In this document: one piece after another, positions 55,795 to 64,000 of the stretch
Layout: each line of letters opens with the position of its first letter
How positions within the stretch are numbered: position 1 is the first letter of the stretch
Source of the DNA: Eledone cirrhosa
Taxonomy: Eukaryota
DNA: 64,000 nucleotides
Reading direction: 5' to 3'
NCBI GenBank assembly: GCA_964016885.1
Contig: OZ024742.1
Span: 105,772,001-105,836,000 of the forward strand
Notes under the pieces: model-generated
Told to the model about the DNA's origin: nothing
Databases searched by the model: none
What the model saw: only the letters and a program-made list of their open reading frames with translations
Position numbers and translations under genes: made by a program

Positions 55795-56020
55795 TGATAT
55801 TAAATAAATGGAAACTATATTTATAAAACCATATTTATTCTATTATATATATTTCAAGGGTACCAACAATTTTGGTACACCTTACAATTTTGATATACCT
55901 TAACGGTTGAAGTTATCACTTTCCAGGGATAACTTGAACCTCTAAGGTCTATTATCCTTGGTCATGTCAAATATTTATAAAACATTTTGTATTTTATCTG
56001 ATGATAGCGTATCAAAATAT
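55795..56020. mobile_element. Rearranged copy of the 47.3-kb hammerhead element
   Basis: 55795-55878 matches 47287-47370 (3' half of the ribozyme on -); 55922-56016 carries the upstream region and tattttat-CTGATGA on +. Confidence 0.7.
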
Positions 56021-56120
56021 TAAATATCAATTGAATACTTACTCCAAAACTGTCGAGTGCTTTGAATCATTTGTAAACAACTATATTTGTTGGATTTCCA
56101 ACAAATTAAATATCTCTTAT

Positions 56121-56203
<83 letters not shown>

Positions 56204-56399
56204 AAGTTTACCTTATTTCGTCTCGTGGTGTTATTAATCGACTTATTCGACTTTATTATAGTTAAGCTCCGTTGTGATATCACGATATATGATGAAATCA
56301 AGAAATTATTGAGATTCTTTCACCGTTCCTCACACTTTAAAATATTTACCCAAATTCAAGACATTGGCTCCTTAAGTATGTTTATGTCCCTCTATTGCT

Positions 56400-56620
56400 A
56401 GAAGGGTGTTGACTTTACGTGGGTTTATCTTTTTTTTTTTCTTTGTTTCCTATTTGACAGGTCTTCATTTTCTTTTGCAGGGATTTTAGCAACCCTTTTC
56501 AACCAACTAGTCTGACTGGGTGGGGATGAGGGGCCGTTTTACTCGACAACAACCTGACCATATAACAGGTCGTACTGGATTTCATGTTAGCAGTAGCACT
56601 TCCGAGTGTTCTGACATGAT
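56400..56620 (-). mobile_element. 5' block of the RTE-derived non-autonomous family, decayed
   Basis: Similar to 34260-34435. Confidence 0.6.
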
Positions 56621-56700
56621 ATTGTACCTAATATTTTCACACAAGCACTCTCTCTCACATACACACGCACAATCACGCACGCGCACAGGCACACACACAC

Positions 56701-56746
<46 letters not shown>

Positions 56747-56747
56747 A

Positions 56748-56867
<120 letters not shown>

Positions 56868-57572
56868 AATCAGGATGGATTCAGTTTGAAACAGGTTAGA
56901 CCATTACTCAACAGAGTACTCGATTCTTGGGGTAGTAGAGTCTGGAACTAGCTGTTGAAACAGCAAGAGCTCAGCCGTCAGGTCTCGACATACCAATTTA
57001 TTATATTTCACACTTCACACCAACACTATACCACACACCCCAGCACCACTAAACCACCATCACATCACATACCACTAGGACCACCACTACCACCACCACC
57101 ATATCACACACCTCCACCATATTAAACTTCACAAGAACACCACACCTCCCCCGACCCCTTTTTGTAATCTTTTATAACAAATGTGGTTGCCTAGTCAGTA
57201 TAACAAAACAACAAAAAAATAGAAACAGCAGCACGAAAACCACCACCACCACCACCACTAATCACCACTACCACCACCACCACTACCACTGCCACCACCA
57301 TCACCACCACCACCACCACCACCACCACTACCATCGCCACCACCTTCACCACCACCACCACCGCCACCACCACCACCTCCTCCTTCCCTCTTCCTTCTCC
57401 TCCATAAGCTCCCTCATAATGCCCCCACCTTCTTCTTATTAAACTGAAATATGGTGGGGTTTTTCTACTTTTCTGGAAACTTCTAGCATTGCACTTCTTT
57501 TAAATGTTGGAAAAATGTGTAAACACAGAGAGAGAGAGTGAGAGAGAGAGAAAGTGAAGGAGAGAGAGAAAG

Positions 57573-57644
<72 letters not shown>

Positions 57645-58264
57645 ATAGATAGATAGAGAGAGAGAGAGAGAGAAGTGAAAAAGAGAAAGGGAACGATAGT
57701 GCAAAGGAAAAGAAGAAATGAAGAAAAGGTAATGAAAAAGAGTGGGGGAGATTTTAGTGAATAGACGAGATATAAAGAGAAAGGAAATGGTCGAGTAGGA
57801 AAGCGGGAGGGAAAGGTAAAGAAATGGAAACAAAAAGAACGTCGATATTCTAAATAAACAGGGGCATACGTAGAGGCGTAACTAGGGTTCATCGTGCCCA
57901 GGGCAAATCAATAAATGGCGTCCATAAAGCTAGTGTTCTTTATAATTCTAACTAATTCCTATTATGATATTCAAACTTGTTACTAGTAATAATAACTTTA
58001 ATATACTTTTAAGAAGTTCATTTTATGGCAAATGATAAACACCTATATTTAGCACATATAACAAAAATCTCTCTATAAAACAATTATTCATGCATTTACC
58101 AATAAAGAAATAATACAAGAATGAATTGAAATGAACTCGTTCTAATTATAAGGAACTGAAATGCCTTGATTGCACCGATTTTCGGTTATTTTTATGAATA
58201 ATTTTGAATTTCATATTAATCTGCATTTTTCTTGCTTTTGATGATATAAATGCACTAATAATAT

Positions 58265-59272
58265 TGATTTCTAATTTAGGCACAAGGTCAGCAAGTTTTT
58301 CAGAAAGGGAAAAGTTGAATATAATCAACCCCAGTACTTGATTGATGCATTATTTCATCGATCTCGGAAGGATGAAAGGCAAAGATGACCTCGGTGACAT
58401 TTGAACTCAGAATGTAAAAAACCAGAACAAATACCACAATGGCGTTTTATTCTACGTTCTATCAATTGTCTCAAACTCTTAAAGGCACAGATAATATTGG
58501 TGTCTTATTTAGGCACAAGGCCAGCAATTTTGGAGGAGGGGAAAGTCGATTAAATCGACCCTAGTGCATTACTGGTACTTTATTTTATCGACCCCGTAAG
58601 GATGAAAGGCAAAGTTAACCTCGGCGCGATTTGAACTCAGACTGTAAAGGGCTGTAACTCTATGCTGAAAAGCATGGCTTCCCACCCTTTACCGACACTG
58701 CCAATCCACCGCCTTCTTAAAGGCACACATAATATTATCAAACTGTGTTTCAGTTTCCTCACTTTCAATATTGACAGACTCTCAGCTATAATGTTTTCTG
58801 ATTTAGGCACAAGGCCAACAATTTTTGAGGAGGGGCTAGTCGATTAAATCGGCCCCAGTACGTTACTGGTACTTTATTTTATAGACCCCATAAGAATGAA
58901 AAGCAAAGATAACCGGCAGGATTTGAACTTTGAAAGTAAAGGGCCATAACTCCATGCCAGAAAGTTTGTTGTCCGATGCTCTAATGACACTGCCAATCAA
59001 TTTTTGCCTTGCTGAAAGACCACTTACAACCGGTGTTTTAAATTGCAAGGGTGAACATTAATTAAATATTTAAATATTTAAAGGGCGGTGGATTGGCAGT
59101 ATCGGTAGAAAGTCGGACACCATGCTTTCCAGCATAGAGTTACGTCCCTTTACGGACTGAGTTCAAATTCCGCCGAGGTTAACTTTGCCTTTCATCCTTA
59201 CGGGGTCGATAAAATAAAGTACCAGTAATGTACTGTGTAATTGCTGGCCTTGTGCCAAAAGTAGAAACAATT
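58265..59272. mobile_element. SINE family A cluster (three on -, one on +)
   Basis: Copies at ~58265-58460, 58500-58713 and 58790-59000 (-) and 59082-59272 (+). Confidence 0.85.
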
Positions 59273-61189
59273 ACTTGAATATATGTATGTATAGGCCCGT
59301 ATCTCATGGTGGAGTCGTAGAGGCGCCGTAGGGACGTAAAGTGTGTCTTGGTCACTTTAAACATAGCGAATCAATCCCCTTCCCAGGTCTGAACACAGCC
59401 GATTTCTTCCAGTGAAGTAAAAAGATAGTGATAGAAAGGAAGTGAGAAGAATCGACCCTAGTACTGGTCTAGTACATTGACTTTGAAAGTATGAAAGGCA
59501 AAGTTAACCTCTTGAGGAGCTTGAGCAACATTTCACAGGCGCCTTGTAAATTCAAGATTTCTTCATAAAGCTCAAACGTATCTCTATATGTGCTATAAAA
59601 CTCTATCAACTTTTTCGAGCCAATCTGTAATCATCTCATATAAGCACAGGCCCTATGATTGTTGCTTTACTTGTGGTTATTGTTACTTAGCCCCAAATCA
59701 ACGTTATTAAGCAAGCCTATAATTAAACGCATTCCAGCCGTGGTCATCCCATCTTTATTCTCATGTCTAGGGAATCTAGGCTCATGTTAACGATCGTGAC
59801 ATTGTCTAGGACAAATTAATAACGATCGTGACATTGTCTAGGACAAATTAAATTGATTTCAGAAAGATTTGACCGCTGATTTTAGAAGGTCGAGTGACCT
59901 AGTGGAGGATTGTTGGCGGCGGGGGCGACGGCGATGTTGGTGTTGTGGCGTTGTCATGCTATGGGACTGTAATAGTGTCGTGGTGTGTCTTTAGTTATTC
60001 TTTGTTTGATTGTTTATTCACTTCAATGTCCAATCTAAACCAAACATTATATGTTTGGACAATTTATTCAGAATTATTGGTCATCTATGTTCTTAAGTGC
60101 TATATGTTAGTAATATTTAATCTGGCGTAGATAATTACAGTTATGCTAAACAATGTCAGGTCCTAGTTGCCCGTACAACAAAACACCAACCTTTATTGCT
60201 TGCTTTCATCTTTCCTTATCCCACTTTCTCTTTTGGTATGTCTGTTGTCTGTCCACCTCCCTTTCTTATCCCCTCTTCTGATGATTTCTTCTATAATAAC
60301 AAAGCTCAGTGTTAAAAAAAGGGGGGTAGAAGTGACAAGACAAGGGAGGCGTCAATAACATCTGCCGACGAAGGCGATAAGGGATTAAAAGTAACATAAA
60401 TAAACAAATAAGTAAATAAATAAATAAATAAAACAAATAAAGAAATAAAATATCAATGGCCAGCCGCTGGCGAAAGTAACCACTGACCACTCCTGCACAC
60501 TTTACAAACCAGAAAGAAGATTAATCAAAGAACTATTTGATAAGGCAGAGTAGGCGGGAAAATTTGGGGCGGTGAGATATATTAAAAGGAGGAGGGGAGG
60601 AGATGAAAAAGAGGAGAGTGTGAGTAAGAGGAAGAGCATAAACTGAATGGCTAACTCAGCCTGCGTCTTAATCCCCTGTAAGGGTGATTGGGAGGTGAAG
60701 AGAAACGTATAGGTGGTCAGTGTTTGGGTCTTGTTGGTAACGGAATGATGGTGATGGCGATGTTGGTGGAGTGATGGTGGTGGAGTGATAGTGGTTGTAA
60801 TGGTATTGTTATTGGCCTTTAGGTCCCCAGCTGTTAATGTCCACGCACGCGGACGGCACGCGCTCGCCTAAGACACGACAAACACCTCCCTTCTATTTCC
60901 GCCCTCTTGCCACCTACGCACCCATTCCAATGTCCTGTTCACAGACACCTTTTAAAACACTTATTAATGGGTTCACTGAAACGAGCCTAAATAGTATTAC
61001 AATGCTTCATTTTATTCGCCAACCCACCCCCACTCTTCTCTCTACCTCACACATTTGTTCACATTTAGTGGTTAGGATGTCGGGATCACGATCCTAACTT
61101 CGTGGGTTCGATTTGTGGACCAAGTGGTGCGTTGTGTTCTTGAGCAAACACTTCATTTCATGTTGTTCCAATTAACTTGGCTGAAATGA

Positions 61190-61920
61190 TGTTTCCTACT
61201 CTAGACACAAAGTCAGTAATCTTTACTTTCGGGGAGGTGTAAGGAGTAAGGAGTAAGTCGATTAAATCTACCCGAGTATTGGACTGTTGCTTTATTTTAT
61301 CGATCCCGGAAGGAGGAAAGGCAAAGTTCATCTAGGTGTGATTTGAATTCAGAACGTAAAGAGCCAGAGCAAATACCGCCGATCCACCATCCTTCTCAGC
61401 TGAAATAATTAGTCCGAGCGCCAGTAACAGCAGCAGCTGGAAGTTAACTTCATGACAGATTGGCGTTCCTAAGTGCGGTAGATTGGCAGTATCGGCAGAG
61501 TGTCGAAAAACAAGCTTTGTGGCATAGAGTTACGTCTCTTTACGTTCTGAGTTCAAATCCCACCGAAGTTAGCTTAGACTTTCATCCCTACGGGGCCGAT
61601 AACATAAAGTACCAGTAACGCTTTGGGGTCAATTTAATTTTTAATCCACTTTCCCCTATCCCAATATTGTTGGCCTTGTGCCCAAATCAGAAACCATTAT
61701 TGGCAGTATCGGTAGAGGGTCGGATGCCATGCTTTGACGCATAGAGTTACGGCCCTTGCCATTCTGAGTTCAAATCCTGCCTTTCATCCTTACGGGGTCG
61801 ATAAAATAAAGTACCAGTAATACACTGGGTAATTGCTGGCCTTCTGCCAAAAGTAGAAACAATTATTACATGATAGATAATTGTTTCTACTTTAGGCACA
61901 AGGCCAGCAATTACCCAGTA
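61190..61920. mobile_element. SINE family A cluster with mixed orientations
   Basis: ~61190-61390(-), 61475-61700(+), 61700-61866(+) and 61880-61918(-, truncated, TSD tacatgatagataat). Confidence 0.85.
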
Positions 61921-62471
61921 CATGATAGATAATATTAGATTTCTGTAGTTAAATATTTGTTCTTTGTTATTAAGTTTATTAAGTTGAAGGTTAATTATTT
62001 TACTAAACATCTCACAATTGTTGATTATTTCGATAATTAATACACAAAGGCAACTTATTCTTCTTTGAAATATGCTCACTCTGTTTTGGTTGGGTCAACC
62101 GTCAAGGAATAACTTCCTCCTACCAATCATGATGGTCCAGAAATGGTACCTGTGCATTTAACTTTCTCCTTTAAGCCCCACCACACACATACAAACACAC
62201 TCACAAAGATTTAAGAAGTGAAAGTGGACGAGTCAACCTATAATATATGTACTAGCTACAGCATAAGAACAGGTATTACCAGCAGGGAAAGTCTTTGTGG
62301 TTTCTCGACCAGTTAAAGTAGCAGCCACATCTCCTTCAAGTCACACCATACTGCAATTTAAAAACAAATGCAAGGACCAAATGGATAATCTAGTCTGAAA
62401 ATAGATGAGATTGTCGCGATTGAAATTAAAGATATTCTGCTTCAACAACAACTGATTTGTCAAAATATATA

Positions 62472-62684
62472 ATGGTTTCTTATATAGGCACAAGGCCAGA
62501 AATTTTGGGAGGAGGGGAAAGTCGATTAAATCGACCCTAGTGCGTGACTGGTACTTTATTTTATCGACCCTGGAAGGATGAAAGGCAAAGTTAACCTCGG
62601 CGGGATTTGAACTCAGATCATAAAGGACCGTAACTCTATGCTGCAAAGCATGGCGTCCGACCCTTTACCGATACTGCCAATCCA
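62472..62684 (-). mobile_element. SINE family A copy (long variant)
   Basis: Full head, core and tail, including the gtcgatttaatcgac hairpin segment. Confidence 0.88.
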
Positions 62685-64000
62685 TATATAATCTCACACA
62701 GAAATATAAGCCTTATAGATAGAATCTTATAGGTAGAATAACACGTTGAGAAGTTGCAGAAGTAAAAATATACTTGCCAGTCCATAACCCTAAACTCTAT
62801 GCCTTTGTTCGTGAATACTGAGACTCTGGTCTAACTATTCATCCTCTTCCCATCTTCATAAAAGAAACTTTATGATTCTTGAATTCCTGAACTTCCCAGA
62901 AGACAATCCTGTTCAGGAAAAGAAGAACCCTACTTCGTCACTTCCTTTTCCTAACAATTATCTCCCTAGTGACACAAGAAAACAGTTTCCTTTTGCTAGC
63001 CACCAATCCTTTTTTTAAATGTCATGATCCCTATTTTAAACGCCCACTTTATATGTGTTCATAGTTAAGTGTATGTCAATTCGTATGTTGATTTTCAAAA
63101 TGTAAGATTTTTAACAATACAAATTATATCTATTGTGTTAACTTTTTAAATATATGTTAAAACCCTCTAAACCTCTGTTAGTTTCCTAAAGCTGGTTTTG
63201 CTTATTCAAGTGGTATTAGCGCTCGAATGATATATCTCCGCAAAAAAAAAACAGAAATACATGCTGATGTATCGTCAATAGTAGCTTAGTTTCTCATCGT
63301 TCTACCACCGTTTCAGTCATGCCACCCACATACTTCACCTGTTTTATTTTCTAACATACTGCTTCAGAACTGTGTTCCGAAATATATTCTATTCTCCCTT
63401 TTCAGACGGTAGGGATGTGTTCTTTTATCCATCTATGAGAGAAGTCTGTGTTTTAAGGAAATTTTGTTGCTATTTACAGTAGTTCGAGTGGTCACGTAGA
63501 TGGACCATCGTCAACTCATTTTGTTTTCTTTTTTGCTTGGTAGAAACCGCAGAGCACTGGAGTTGATGTAAATAAGTACCAGCAATATAATAAGTACCAG
63601 CAGTAAAATAGATACATGTTTAAACTATGAAAAGTGGTGAATTCTAACATTTCTCTCAGACCAATCACCTGCATGTATTCTATTTTTTGTTCTTATGGTT
63701 TAATTAATCGATCATATCTCAGGCCTAAAGTATGAAACCAATACCAGATTCTCTTATTTCTGAGAACGTGGTCATTTTTATTCAGGTAACAAACCTACTG
63801 CATATAACATATTCCAGTCTCTATTACACATTGAATTCTCTTGAAAATAACTTTCTGTGAAATGAAATTATGAAAACATATTTTGTAATAACCGAATTTT
63901 TGATACTGGCGTAATATCACTAATTTTGGAAGAGGAAACATTTGATTACATGGATCTTACTATTACTTTATTTTTATTGACCCTGGAAGAATCAAGGGTA

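Noticed and set aside
59788-59851. 32-bp tandem duplication (also a 15-bp x3 repeat at ~25766-25817)
   Set aside because: Ordinary local slippage duplications with no further structure.
62700-64000. Possible host exons near the window end
   Set aside because: AG/GT-like sites exist but no ORF or coding signal supports them; small exons cannot be excluded without RNA-seq.

Overview
Repeat-saturated, AT-rich eukaryotic DNA with no host protein-coding exon I can support. The microsatellite load and SINE types suggest a coleoid cephalopod such as Octopus; this is inference only. Most short ORFs in the track are microsatellite translations ([12 protein letters not shown]). The real content is mobile DNA: a near-full-length but frameshifted Tx1/L1-clade LINE (17.7-22.9 kb, -) plus 3' fragments in (ATCT)n; a 5'-truncated, nearly intact R4/Dong-type RT+RLE element inside (TAA)n (50.8-53.2 kb) with one in-frame TAG; several RTE-type relics, one with a twin-priming-type inversion; CRE-like and second Dong-like relics; a hAT MITE, two non-autonomous Helitrons, a mariner relic and >20 tRNA-derived SINE copies. 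The most striking signal outside the ORF track is a set of small non-coding elements at (TA)n tracts carrying minimal type-I hammerhead ribozyme motifs with palindromic stem III (complete at ~10.2, 16.2, 40.1 and 47.3 kb, plus half or degenerate copies), often with inverted fold-back copies. They resemble Penelope pseudo-LTRs or retrozyme-like units. The window also has many fold-back palindromes, and each retroelement family appears tied to its own microsatellite motif.
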